A DNA stretch of 64,000 nucleotides from Lytechinus pictus (GCF_037042905.1 NC_087263.1:8868001-8932000), one strand, 5' to 3'; shown: positions 41,423-53,755, numbered from the stretch's first letter. Notes: a model not told the origin generated them from the letters alone. Made by a program: numbers and translations.

Positions 41423-41490
41423 CTGCTAGCTCAGTGAGTAAGACGACAGTCTGCCTCGTTCTGCAGCGAGAGGTTCGAATCCAAGTTCCA
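41423..41490 (+). pseudogene. Degenerate tRNA-like/SINE head
   Basis: TAGCTCAGTGAGTA (A box) and GGTTCGAATCC (B box) at roughly tRNA-like spacing; no intact cloverleaf. Confidence 0.5.
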
Positions 41491-41759
41491 ACCGGAAGGA
41501 AGAAAAAGAATACAAAACAAGGGGGTTTTGGAGCAGTTTTTTTTTTTTAGTGGAGGGGACATAAGGAAGCGTTTCCATAATTTTTCATGACCAAGACAAG
41601 GACGGATCCAGCTCCCGAAAAAAAATTTCACCCATATTTTCCCCGATCGGCCCCTCAAGTTGATTTTTGTTTGTTTCTTTGAAGGGGTTGTCTCAGTGGC
41701 GTAATGGGCCATACATTTTGAGGGGGCTTGATACGGCATATCGCGTCTAATTAATAAGA

Positions 41760-43560
41760 AGTTGCAAGCGAGCGAGCAAAAATTTTGACATTCTAATTAC
41801 AAAAATCAAAGATTGTGATAGATTTTGACATAACATTTGAAAAATTGTAGGCCTATATTTCACACTTATCCTTTCCTTTTCTCCCCATTTTCTTAGTCGT
41901 GAAAAATTTGGGGGGGGGGGGCAAAACGCCGATGTCCTAACGAACAGCCATTTCTTAGCTTTATTTCCGGGCTTTATTCTTATAAAACATCATTTAAATA
42001 ATGTAATATTCTCATAAGCCCTATTTGAATAGTGCGAGCGCTAAGCGCGAGCTGAAATTTTTTGGAATTTCATGTATTTTGTCCTGGAAATTGAATATTC
42101 TGGGCGTATGTACCTAGGTAATTACTACGAGCGCGAAGAACGAGCAGAAATTGTATATGGGTTTTGGCTTGATCGAAAAGGGACCTATTAAGGACGATTT
42201 GCGGATAGACATTAAAGACGATACCTTCATACATATTTCAACTTTTAGATAATGCGAGCGCGAAGCGCGACCTTAAAATGTTTTGCCATTCCGACCTAAA
42301 AAATTGACATTCTTAGCACTTTTTGAAATAAACGGTATGGGTATAAAACTATGCAATTGATGCGAGCGCAAAGCGCGAGCTGAAAAATTGAGATTTCAGA
42401 CCTAAAAAAGGGACGATCTATTCATGTTTTGTAAATAATGTAAGTAAACGGTGTAGGTATATAACTAAACAAGTGATGCGAGCGCAAAGCGCGAGCTGAA
42501 AAAATTGAGATTTCAGACCTAAAAAAGGGACACTCTATTCATGTTTTGTAAATCATGAAAAAGGAGAGGGTAATTTAGTATCTTCCTACATTAATAATGC
42601 GAGCGCAAACTGGATAAATTTAGCACGTTTTGAATAAAGATCAAATTGCGTATCTCAATGAACATGTGTGCGTGTGTTTTAGAGTTAGACAGAATCTAGG
42701 CATTCTGAATACATTTAATAAGGCGAGCGCGAAGCGCGAGCGGAAAATATTTGATATTCCGGTATGAAAAGGGTGAATTTAAGCACTATCTAAAGCACTG
42801 TGCAGGGAAATTGTGAAGTGTATGTTGATAGCACTTAATAAATGATGCGAGTGCGAAGCGCGAGCTGACTATTTTTATTATTTTGACCTAGGACCTGGAC
42901 ATTCTAGGTTTAAGGACATTTTGTCATCATATGAAAATGGTGACTATCTTCCTATTCCTCTTTCTAAGCGCGATATAAAACTTGTCGATAGTCCTTTCTG
43001 AAAAAATTTAGTTATTAGGAATTCATGAAAATTTTATTATATTTATTAATGTAATAAGCCTAATGAGTGAGTGAAATTTGTTGACATTGAGGCCTGGAAA
43101 CTGGATATTTTAAGCTCTTTTGTAATCATAAATAGGATTTATGAGTTGATATATTTTAACTATTAATGCAAGCGTAAATCGCGAGACGAAATTTTTGATA
43201 AACTGTCATAAAAGTAGTTTTAAGTAGTTTGTTACAGAATTAATATATAAAGAATCTTATGGAATAAACAAAGACAATATGTAGGCCTACTTGGCAAATC
43301 AAATAATGCACGCGCACAGCGCAAAAAGCTGCAAATGATATTCACACCATAAAACGGACATTTTACATAGCACTTTAAAAAAATCAATTTGTAAATCAAA
43401 CAAATAATAAAAGCTCGATGTCCAAGCTAAAATATGTTTTGTATATTGACTTGAAAACTTGATATTTTAAGCAACATCTCAGCCTATTGAGCAAGATATG
43501 TATCTCATCGAGCAGGCTGTGCGAGCGCGAAGCGCGAGTGAAAATTTAATAAAGTGACAT
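41760..43560 (+). repeat. Degenerate ~120-bp-period array with conserved GCGAGCGCGAAGCGCGAGC motif, probably the interior of a hAT-type element
   Basis: Motif or variants at about 42034, 42128, 42254, 42362, 42478, 42599, 42723, 42847, 43168 and 43521. hAT-like end GGATCCGCCTATG near 43736-43748. Confidence 0.8.
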
Positions 43561-45254
43561 GAAACATATATTTTTTAATCATTTTCTAAGTCTTCCCCTG
43601 ACCTTATTTTATTCACTCGTCTCCCTCCTCTTATTTTTCCTCTTTTTTCCTCCTTTTTTCCCCTTCTTTTTCTTCTTTTTCTTTCTTTCCCCCCCCCCTT
43701 TTTTGCTCCGGGCCCCTCGCCCCCCCCCCCCCCCTGGATCCGCCTATGCAAGAAATAAACAACAGAAAAGTATTTTTTTTTATTTTTTTTAAGTGAAATA
43801 TGCTAAGATTTTCAAAATATGTTGAAATCTATCACGTTTTTTTTTTTGGGGGGGGGGTGGGCTCTTGCTTATAAATTTCTGGCTCAATTACGTCACTGAC
43901 TATAATCAAACAGAACCGTTCTGGTGAAAGACTGGTGAAAGCCGTGCGGGGTATGTAGAGTTTTCGTGGAATGGTGGACTCGAATGCAAACATAATTATC
44001 TCAATGTAATACGAATTGGGAATGATTAGTAGAACATTGTTTCTTAAAGCATTTATTGCCTCATGAGCAAGGGGGTGGTTAGTCTGCTGGGCAAACCCTT
44101 CACTCGAGTTAAGGGTCTGAATGTGCAGCCTACTGACATGCCTTGTGTACTGAAGGCCCTCTCGTTCAGTATTGGAACAGCAAGTTTTGTATGTGCTAGT
44201 CTTTGCGTGGAGGCACACTTGTTGATCAAAGTTCCAATCAGGGTCTGTGCCTGCAAACTAGGGGATGGTCACGGTAAGGAATTGTATACATCGCCTAAAC
44301 GGATTTAGCCGTAAGGCAATTTGGATTTGGTGTTGGTATTTACGGAGATTTCTTTGTGGGAGCTATATGCATGCTTCCATTGATTATCAATGCTATGACA
44401 TGGCAACGGACGTGGCTCATTGCATTAACCAGTTAACTATTGGGAATGATGTTGTTCTTCTTTCCCGGAATCATTGTCTCCTTGAGTTAAAGCGCTCTGA
44501 AGTTGGATTGCACGCGCTGACGCCAGGAAAAGACACATCAAAAGAAACAACAGCAGTTCAGCCAACAACCGGATGGGGATGAGACATACAGTAACCTGAT
44601 AGTAACCCTTGTAACTGGAAAGAACATTCTAGTTCTCGTTTAAGCTGGAAAGGACAACTCAAAACTTCCCTTGGACGGGTCTTATCCTCACCATATCGTT
44701 CTCTGCGATTATTGATGGTAGGATCAATTCAAATTTTCTTCATGAAATTTTCTGTACAAATTATCTTAAAGAGATAAGAAAATAAAGCAGCTTTTTCACT
44801 ATACTTCATTCTAATGATTGTAAATTTCACTGCAGGTCCCGTAGAAGACGATTTTCATCAGGTGTAGACTTATATTGTTTTTTCAAACAATGATTTCTGC
44901 AAATCGTTACAAAGTAAAAAAAAATAGCACGTTGTTTAAGCCTGTCACTCTAACAACAAGTTGTTGGGGGCCCATCCTGGTTTAAGTCACCACTCCATGC
45001 ATTCACTGCCGTATATTTATTCAGCGGCGGTGACTTCTTTCCTCTCCCATTGACTTTGCACACAACGAGCGCACACACACCGACACACACGAGAAGAGAG
45101 GTGACTTATTTCAGGATAAGGCTCAATTGTTTATAATAATTTTAAACAATCGTTAGAGTGACGGGCTTAAACAACATGATTAAACTTTAAACCGCGTTTT
45201 TACAGTGTACTTTAATGCAAATCATATAATAGATGGCATTTCAGTTGACAGGAT

Positions 45255-45548
45255 TCGGAAGACCATACGAAGTTATATCCATAGTAAAATCCCTTAAAAA
45301 TACCAAAACGTGTGGTCATGACGATATTAACTCACTTATCTTAAAACAAATAATCTCTTTTATAGCTGAACCACTATGTCATATTTTCAACTTATCATTG
45401 TCTCTTGGATGCTATCCGAATTCTTTCAAATTAGCACTGGTCGTACCAATATTCAAAAAGGGAAATCGTATCCAATGTGAAAATTACCGACCTATATCTA
45501 TCTTACCCTCTTTATCCAAAATCTTAGAAAGAATAATCCATATCCAGG
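45255..45548 (+). mobile_element. CR1/L2-group LINE, 5' part of RT ORF (interrupted)
   Basis: ORF 45233-45556: EV..IVKSLK..K.CGHDDI, PLCHIFNLSL, VVPIFKKG, NYRPISILPSLSKILE. Stops abruptly after TATCCAGG. Confidence 0.88.
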
Positions 45549-45994
45549 CACTCTAGGCGACACCCCAATACTTACCCGTGCTAATAAACTGGGACTCCAC
45601 TCACGCGCATTTGGGCCGCCCTAGCTTAGAACTAAGCAATATTATCTAGAAATTGTTGAGTTGTAGTCATGAAATATGTTCTATTAAATAAATTGATAAT
45701 GTTTAATCGGTACTCACCGGTTCTTTTGTTGCATTTTCAGACCATTTCTCACAATTCTTCGTAAATATTTGCGGCAAATTTTGTCGCCATAGACAGCTTA
45801 ACATCCATCTTTATTGATAAATGGAGCGCCCTTTACGATAGTTGTTAATGCCGCGGAGAAATCGTTAGGCATTTTGGCCTGTGTTCAAGGCGTAGCTGTT
45901 CTATTTTTTTTTATAGGTATGAGATCGAAATCACAGCGAGTATTTACACTCTTCCATAATGATTCCGAAAGGGAGGCGCAACACCCCCCACCCA

Positions 45995-46311
45995 CAGGGG
46001 CGCAAATTCCAGGGGGACATGTCCCCCTCACCTAGAATAGTATAGGGGGACACATTATGAAATGTCATCCCCCTACTATTTTGGGTCTTTTCATTCAAAA
46101 TCGAAATAAAATATGTATTTTGGAAGAGACGATCTTACTTTTGGGGTGCCCTTTTTTTTTTGCTTGTTTGCTTATCAAATTTATTTTGGTCAAGATGACC
46201 TTCTTTTTGGGGTGATAAACCTTCTTTTTTGTTTTTGTTTGTTTGTTTTTTTCTTGTCAAATTTTCCAGCCCCTGGTCCCGGCTACCTTTGGGGAGAGAT
46301 TTCCGCCCTTG
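45995..46311. mobile_element. hAT-type MITE nested in the 3.76-kb insertion
   Basis: CAGGGGCGCAAAT / ATTTCCGCCCTTG inverted ends; TSD not evident. Confidence 0.55.
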
Positions 46312-47557
46312 CCTAACAGTACACTTGATATTGTTTGCGAATCTGCGTGGGCGTCGGGGGCTGGGGGATGAGGAAAAGCGGTGAGACGAGAAAAAAAAAT
46401 AGAAGGAAAAAGAGGACAGAAAAAAAGTGAACGAAAGAAAAATTAATGGAAAATAAAAGGGAGGAGGAAATAGTGAGAAAAGTGATGGGTAGGTCGAGAT
46501 TTTATGTGTCCGTGCAAAAAGAAATGAGCAGAGGTTGAGATGTTGTCTGTTTGGGCAAATGTCTGTCTGTTTGTTGGACTGGCGCCTGTTGCAAAAATTA
46601 TTAAGCTGATGGAATCAGAAAATTCCAACTGCTTCATGTCATACCGACAGTGACAGGATTAAGCGGTTGTATATATAAATCACGCTCTAAAACTGTGTTC
46701 TTTATTAAAAAGTTGTCCTTCATATTCATTTTCGCAAAAGAATATCAAGTTTTTAATTAATTGTCTATAGTTATCCTGTTTATGATAAAAATACTTAGAA
46801 ATTGGGTTAGGTTAGGGTTATCAAATTATCGGGGCAGAAAATATATTTTTTCAGTTCGCGCGTCGAGCTGGCATTAGTGATCAGTGAGATTATGTTTTTA
46901 ATGACATTCATTCTATTCACAGCAATATATTATTAAACATAGCCGCATGAATTATAGATAGGTCTATAGTTATCAGGTGAATAATTTACCGCTACACACT
47001 GATCATGCGGATACTGTTTTGTAAAGGGGAATTTCACCTTGATAAAAAGATTGTGAAAATATAGGCCAAAGAAAAATAATTTCAAAACATCGGTGAAGGT
47101 GTTATTAAAAAAAAAATGGAGTTAGTAGAATTTCGAATGCTTGATTTGTGACGTCATAAACGAGCAGTTGCTCAATATTCTATGTAATACAAAATGCAAA
47201 AATTTTCCATTTTTAATGGTCCGTAATGACCCACTTTTTTCTTTTTGGAGAGAGTATGAAGTTATCTATTGATATACTGAATGTACAATAAAATTCATTA
47301 TCACGTATTTCTTGGCATTTCATTTACTTTTTACCATAATTATATCCGATATAGCTGCTCGCAAAGGCCTACGCCGTCACAAATAATTATTTAAAAAATC
47401 TCACCTTTAATTTTTTTTTGGTGGGGGATGGATTTTTCCTGAACGCATACCAATTTTTCAAATTATTTTTTCTGCTATTTTCATAATTAACTTTAAATAA
47501 ATTCACCTATGCACTACTTAATTTTTTCAAAGACAAAATAACAAAATTACATCTAGT

Positions 47558-47700
47558 CTTCATCATCACCATCATCACCAACTTCATTCTCATCATCATC
47601 ACCACTACCACCATCATTATCATCATCATCATCATCATCATCACCGCCACCATCACCACCACCATCATCATCACCAAGATAATTTTCATCATCATCATTT
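47558..47700. repeat. (CAT/CAC)n microsatellite
   Basis: Direct reading. Confidence 0.9.
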
Positions 47701-49307
47701 TTCTTTTTTTTTCTTTTTTTTCCCCTTCCCTTCTTCTTTTTTTTCCTTCCTATTTTCCTCCCTTTTTAGAGGGGCACACCACCGAATAAATATGTTTGTT
47801 GTTGTTGTATATAAGTTGGCGGATGCCTCATGAAATGAAATAAAATAGAAAATAAGGAAATGGAAAAAGTAAGAAGAAGGATAAGAAGAAAAAAAGAAAG
47901 CCAAACAAACAAGACAAAATAATATCAAAATTTTGTAATAAAGTCAGTCAGTTTAATAATTATGTTTTCAATGAAATGAGACATAAAAGAATTGAAACAA
48001 GTAAAAAGGGCTACATCATAGTTAAAAGAAATAGAGGGAAGCTCCGAGACAATAAAAAGTGTTAAAAAAAATCAGAAAAGACTTTGAAACACTCTGAACA
48101 CGAGTATAATATATAAAAAAATTGGGAATAAGCGAGGACAAGTAGGTGAGGGACCCCCCCCCCCCTCTCTCTCTAGTTATTTACTCAAACTCGCATATAC
48201 AAGAGAAGAAATTCTTACTAATCAAAATATTGCGAGCAAAAAGCATGAGCTGACATTTTTTTTTATATTCAAAACTGATAGAGAGACACATTTTGAACAA
48301 TTCATGAAACATAATAATCATTCATTATAGTTACCAATCGGATTGCGACAAGATCTGAGAATTAGAAATTCATTAAAAGCATAAAATTGTATAACATTAA
48401 AATAAGACGGGCGCAACGCATGAGCTAAAGCTTTATATACCAATTAAAAATTTGGACATTTTTAGCGCTTTCGGTAGTCATGAAAAAGATTCATATTTCA
48501 TGAAAGCTCAAATCCCGAGGAGGAATATTTTTTATTAATTGACTTAAAAAAGGCTGTTCTAATTAAGCCCCATTTAATATTTGATTACAAGTCTCGTTAA
48601 ACAGTAAAAGAGGAAAAAATAAAGCATATTGTGTTCCTCAATTCTCTTTCTCTTTAACCCAATTTGTTTTTTTTTTTTTGTTTTTTTTTGGGGGGGAGGT
48701 ATTTTGGTTAAAAAAAAAGAGAAAAAACGATAATTGCTGGCTAGTGGGTGTATAGTGGTAGGGACACCCCGCCCCCCCCCCCCCCCCCGTAGTTACGCAA
48801 ACATGGGACCAAATGATCCTAATCCTACTTGTTCCAAGGCGAAACTTGTGCAATCAATTAAATGTTATTTTTGAGAAAATTAAAGCTTGCGCTGTTTAAA
48901 TTCAATCTCTTTTACCTAAATTTGCGATGAATGCTAGCATTATGAAATATATAATTATCAACGTCTGGCGAAAAGAATAACCAACCGATCAGCTGACGAG
49001 AACGCGTATCACGTGATCTGCATATCAGCTTCGATCGCGAGTCAGAAGTGAAGAGCAACTGGCAATAAAATCTGGAAAAAGTCGTCAAAATGTAAGTTCC
49101 CCTTCATTTCTTTCAATTTTTTTTTTATTGCTAACAATGCTTTAACTTTCTTTAAAAAAATTTTAATGAATAGACAGTACGATAGCTCGTACTTGTGTTA
49201 TAATACACAAATAATCATCTTCACAAAGATTTCTGACACAAAATACTACAGATGTCGCCTATGAGGTCCATACATGTAATGTTTGGACCTCATTGGTACT
49301 AGGAGTG

Positions 49308-50865
49308 TATCCAGGTATATAATTTTTTAGACAAAAACAAATTACTTTGCACCGCCCAATATGGTTTTAGGAGACAACATTCAACTGAATTAGCAGTTTT
49401 GGACTTATATGATAGAATAACCAAATCCCTTGCAAAAAAACAATATATAACTGGATTATTTTTGGACCTTTCAAAAGCGTTCGACACGCTCGATCATTCA
49501 ATATCAATACATAAACTTGAACGTTATGGTATAAGGGGTACGCCTCTTGCATGGTTCAAAGATTATTTAGAGAACAGAATTCAATACACTGAGGTCGACT
49601 TAAATAAATCACAAATTTTAGAACTCCAGTGTGGCGTCCCACAAGGATCCATTCTTGGGCCGCTTCTTTTTATAGTATATATGAACGACATTGTAAATTC
49701 TTCCAAAATACTTAGCTATGTGTTATTTGCCGATGATACGACATTGTTATATTCTCATCATGATTTTAATAAAATGATCGTCACTATCAATGTAGAATTA
49801 CGTAAACTAACCAACTGGCTACAATGTAATAAGTTATCTCTCAACCTCAGTAAAACCAATTATATTATATTTCACAACCCAATCAAAAAGATTATTGAAG
49901 ACCAGTGCCAAATCTTAATAGACAATACCCTAATTGAAAGGAAAACTAATGTTAAATTTCTTGGCGTTGTTCTCGATCAACATTTAAACTGGAATTTGCA
50001 TTTTCAGCATCTAAGAACTCATATTCCTAGAATGATTAGTATAATGTTTAAACTTAAAGATACGTTAATGCCAAAGTCTATTATACTATTGTACAATTCT
50101 TTCATATTATCTTATTTATCTTATGCTTATATTGCGTGGGGTTGTGGAACCAAAAGAAATGTTAATTCCTTATTGCTACTGCAGAAAAGAGCCGTAAGAA
50201 TTTGCACAGGTTCTCCTTACTTAGCCCATACTGATCCAATTTTCAAAAAAATTAACATATTAAAAATATCTGATATCAATATCTTACAAACTGCAAATTT
50301 TATGTTCAATTACAATAATCACTTGGTTCCAAGCAATTTTGATTCAATGTTTATACGCAATACCCAGGTTCATGAACACAATCCCAGATGTTCTAACAAT
50401 TTTCATCTTAGTAATCCCAAAACAGTACTTGCTTATAAATCCATTAGACATAGAGGACCTGATGTTTGGCACTCGCTGCCTTGTGAAATTAAAAAATGTT
50501 CTTCGCTTTATTCTTTTAAACGTAAGCTAAAAAACACATTATATCATATTAAAGTGTATTTTGATAATTTATATATTGTTACACTGGCTTCCCGTTCCCG
50601 ATGGGGGAGGGGGGTTAGGACATTCGTATATATATTTTTTCATCCTGTTCATGTCATCATTTTAACCTATGCAATATATGTATTGCCATGATGGCACTCG
50701 GGGTCTGCCTCGTCAAGACCTTTCGGTCTTTTGCAGTCTCCCAAATTTCATTTTATATTTATGTACGTTTAATTGTTTTGTTACTATGTATTTCTCTGAT
50801 ATTGTATCTTGTATTTTTATTGAATGGAATTTGAATAAATTGAATTTGAATTTGAATAATTTGAA
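49308..50865 (+). mobile_element. CR1/L2-group LINE, 3' part of the same RT ORF with TTGAA(T) tail
   Basis: Begins TATCCAGG and reads IQVYNFLDKN..QYGFR..HST, DLSKAFD, GVPQGSILGPLLF, LFADDT. Joins the 45255-45548 fragment in frame. TTGAAT repeats at 50820-50865. Confidence 0.92.
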
Positions 50866-51204
50866 CGTATGTCACCGAACCGTAACTTTATAATAGTTTT
50901 GAAGCAGAATGCATTTTTTAAAGAATATGCCGTAAATAAATGTTGACTATTTATACACTGTCGTGTCAAAAAGCAGTCCCACGCTTTTAAAGGACATATT
51001 AATGTTGGTGACCGTTCTGATGTGAAATCATGTACTCAAAATACACATATTTTTTGTACATCAGAAAGGCGCAACAATGAATGACAATTTAATCCATTTC
51101 TGAAGAAGTACAAACAGGTGGTCACAGATACATTGTTGCTTTTTATTGTGAAGTGTGATACCATCAATTTCGTGGGCATCAAAGGGCTGGTGGTCAAAAC
51201 TTAA

Positions 51205-51996
51205 AGGGATGATCCGGGCTGACAATATATCTAGATTGATTAGAGTAAAATTCAGAAAGCAAAATGCTGAAAATTTCATTGTTATTGAATTTTAAAGATT
51301 TGCCTTATTCCGGTGAAACAGTTTTAGTCATGTCTTCATGAATATTCATTAAAGGTAAATTCCAGTTTTGGGAACGATCTCAAAATTACTTTTAACAGAA
51401 TTTAATATTATGATCACCAAAGTGTCTGTTTGTATGAATAGAAAATATGTGCCAAAGGATTCTGGAAGAAATTGTGTAATTGCTGAGAAATAAGCAAAAT
51501 AAGCGCGGATTCGGTCACTTCCGTCGGGTCTTTATTCCAGCAATAATAATACACTGTCCCACGTGTGCCTATCTGTGTTGGCGATCTTCAGTGTGATCGT
51601 TTTTTAGCTAGATATTAGGATTTCACAAAGTTCAGTTTATGTAACTGTACCAGCTCTAGATCCACGATGATATATCAATACTTTACCTTGGTTTTACAGA
51701 CTTTCTCCTGAAATCAGTGTTTTACTGCAACTACGTTCATTTAGCTTTAAGTGGGCTGATGATGTCACATCCCCACTTTCCTTTTTCTTATGCTGTCACA
51801 TGAAATTATAATTGTTTCATTATTTTCATAAATGTGAAAATGATTTATCTCCATTACGATGAAATAAGTTGCAGCAAGAAATAACTAATGCACTTAATCA
51901 GTTGTCAATCCAATTATTTTTTTCTTGATAGAAATTTTTGTAATACACCTAATTTCATGTAATAAATTAATACAATTTTCAGCCCGGAGCATCCCT
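51205..51996. mobile_element. Kolobok/T2-type MITE with a second TTAA element nested at 51353-51746
   Basis: TTAA|AGGGATGATCCGGGCTGA ... TCAGCCCGGAGCATCCCT. Inner element is TTAA|AGGTAAAT...ATTTAGCT|TTAA. Confidence 0.75.
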
Positions 51997-52212
51997 GTAT
52001 TAAACACTTTGAATGATTTATGAAATGAAACGCGTATGGATGTGGTTTCATATACAGAAATCTTCTCACATGTGAATGCCTGATGACAATTTTTTTTTTT
52101 TTAAGTTCTACGAAATTCTGAACTAGACAATGTTGGGATTTGGGAAATTGGCCCACCAGTAAACTTCAATGTTTCGTCACTAAGCTGCACCTTATGACAG
52201 ACATGGAATCCC

Positions 52213-52512
52213 CAGGGGCGGATCCGAGGGGGAGGGCTGAGCCGGCCCCTGCCCCCTATTTTGGGGCAACCTGGCCAAAAGTGTCCTTTTTGACTTGAGA
52301 GAAGCGCTTAAAAACACAAAGAAAAGTAAATTATACCAATGTAATTTATGGCCTCTTAATGACCTCAGAAACGCTGAAATCGCATATAAGGGTTTATTTT
52401 TTTTCAGTTATTTCTGGGGGAGGGCCACCACAGCCCCTGTCAGGACGCACCATTTGTGCATATTACGGGGCCTCCCCCCTCCTCCTTTCAAAAATTCGTG
52501 GATCCGCCCCTG
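52213..52512. mobile_element. MITE with CAGGGGCGGATCC TIRs
   Basis: Perfect 13-bp TIR, flanked by the direct repeat ATCCC. Confidence 0.85.
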
Positions 52513-53115
52513 ATCCCTGTTACTTTAATATTGCAACAGAAGGCTTTTTTTTCAAAAAACAAATTGATAAACTGTATTCAATTCCAGAGCATTTGCACCT
52601 TGTAGCAGCAATAAGTAGGGGCTTCCATATATGTTATGCAACGAGACAGATGCTCCGCGATGTCAGTACAAACGTTTTGTTTTCCACCTCCCCCCCCCCC
52701 CCCCCTCCCCTCCCCGTTAGAAATAACCATAAAAAATGCAATCAAAACCATTTGGTCTGTAGTAGTAATACAGTTTTATAGACCATGCAGACAGTATAGA
52801 TGAATTCGACTTAAACACGTTCAAAACAATGTAATTTTCACTTGTCCATAATTTCCAAAGAAGAATTCATCACTTAAAGTTACTTCATACCGTCTTCACA
52901 CTGGCCATAAACACCGCTACAATACCGGGACTGTCCCGAGACTGTAGCGGTGTTGACTTCAGTGTGAATTCTCAGACCCGCAATAAACTACCCCGGGATA
53001 ACCTCGCCTCGCTATATCCGCAACAAACTTTCGCTAGGCAAGCCATAATAATATCAGCGGGACTAGACCAGCGACTGTCGCGGTGCTGTCCACTTGGGAT
53101 ATGTTTACTATAATG

Positions 53116-53186
53116 TGGGGGCGTCAAGATCTAGTGGTTATGACTCTCGCCTTTCAATCTGAAAGACGTGGGTTCGATTCCACCCC
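53116..53186 (+). pseudogene. tRNA-Glu(TTC)-like head (SINE fragment or tRNA pseudogene)
   Basis: GATCTAGTGGTTATGAC, anticodon loop CTTTCAA and GGGTTCGATTCC. Acceptor and anticodon stems pair poorly. Confidence 0.6.
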
Positions 53187-53661
53187 TATTTCCAGTGTGA
53201 TTTCCAGTGTGTCAGATTCGGGTCACTCACGGGGTCACAAGCCTGCTGCCCGCACGTGTTTTGTAACATAGGTCATAAAAATCAAATGCTTCTGTGTAAA
53301 TGGATACATGAAATTTATCCCGGGACTGTATCGTGATAACTTTGAAAACCATTGTGAATAAAGATGCGCTGTTCAGTCACTGCACAGATCATCTTTTTTT
53401 CAAAGTCTGAAATGTGTGTTTTAATTCCATATAAGTTAACAAAATATAGAAATCAAACCGCGTTTTTGTAAACCATTATATTCACATACTACTTTTACTT
53501 TACCTTGACATACCAGGCTGCGTACTGCGCAGAAGCTCACAAAACGGTTTACGATACTTCATGAAATACTACACTCGATGTGCCACAGTCGAACAATATA
53601 AATTTATATTTGTGTCATATTTTCCATCTTCTCTTCCACAGCAACGTCGTATCATTTCAGA

Positions 53662-53755
53662 ATGGGTATCGGATGTTCTTCCTTTCACTGCCAAAAATCA
53701 AAACGATCTACGATCTTGGATCTTTCTGAGAACAACAATGAAAGCCGAAAAGAAG
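53662..53755 (+). CDS. First coding exon of GSI/lengsin-like gene (MGIGCSSFHCQKSKRSTILDLSENNNESRKE + 1 nt)
   Basis: ATG at 53662 opens 31 codons plus 1 nt up to AG|GTAATT donor at 53756. Phase 1 matches the phase-1 acceptor (tttacAG, 54864) of the large GS exon and rebuilds a GAT (Asp) codon. Preceded by a polypyrimidine acceptor (tcttctcttccacAG, 53641), implying an upstream non-coding exon. Confidence 0.7.

Larger units (their letters stand above)
45549..49307. mobile_element. 3759-bp non-autonomous insertion with CAC...GTG termini and 8-bp TSD (superfamily unassigned)
   Basis: TATCCAGG is duplicated at 45541-45548 and 49308-49315. Ends are CACTCTAG / CTAGGAGTG (short imperfect TIR). Removing it restores the LINE reading frame. 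Confidence 0.85.

Noticed and set aside
41760..43560. CRISPR-like repeat-spacer array
   Set aside because: Eukaryotic context, no cas genes, spacers of ~100 bp, and adjacent spacers (after 42362 and 42478) are homologous, so it is a degenerate tandem repeat.
43832..44620. Overlapping ORFs of 67-128 aa as a host exon
   Set aside because: No recognisable domain or consistent splice signals; possibly a very decayed retroelement, but not supportable.
46803..46820. Interstitial telomeric repeat (also CCTAA-like words at 63935-63970)
   Set aside because: Only 2-3 imperfect units; too short to call.
53116..53186. Functional tRNA-Glu gene
   Set aside because: Acceptor and anticodon stems do not pair properly; better explained as a SINE head or pseudogene.
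53738..53755. Alternative start ATG AAA GCC GAA AAG AAG for the GS-like gene
   Set aside because: It ends in phase 0 at the donor and would be out of frame with the GS exon.
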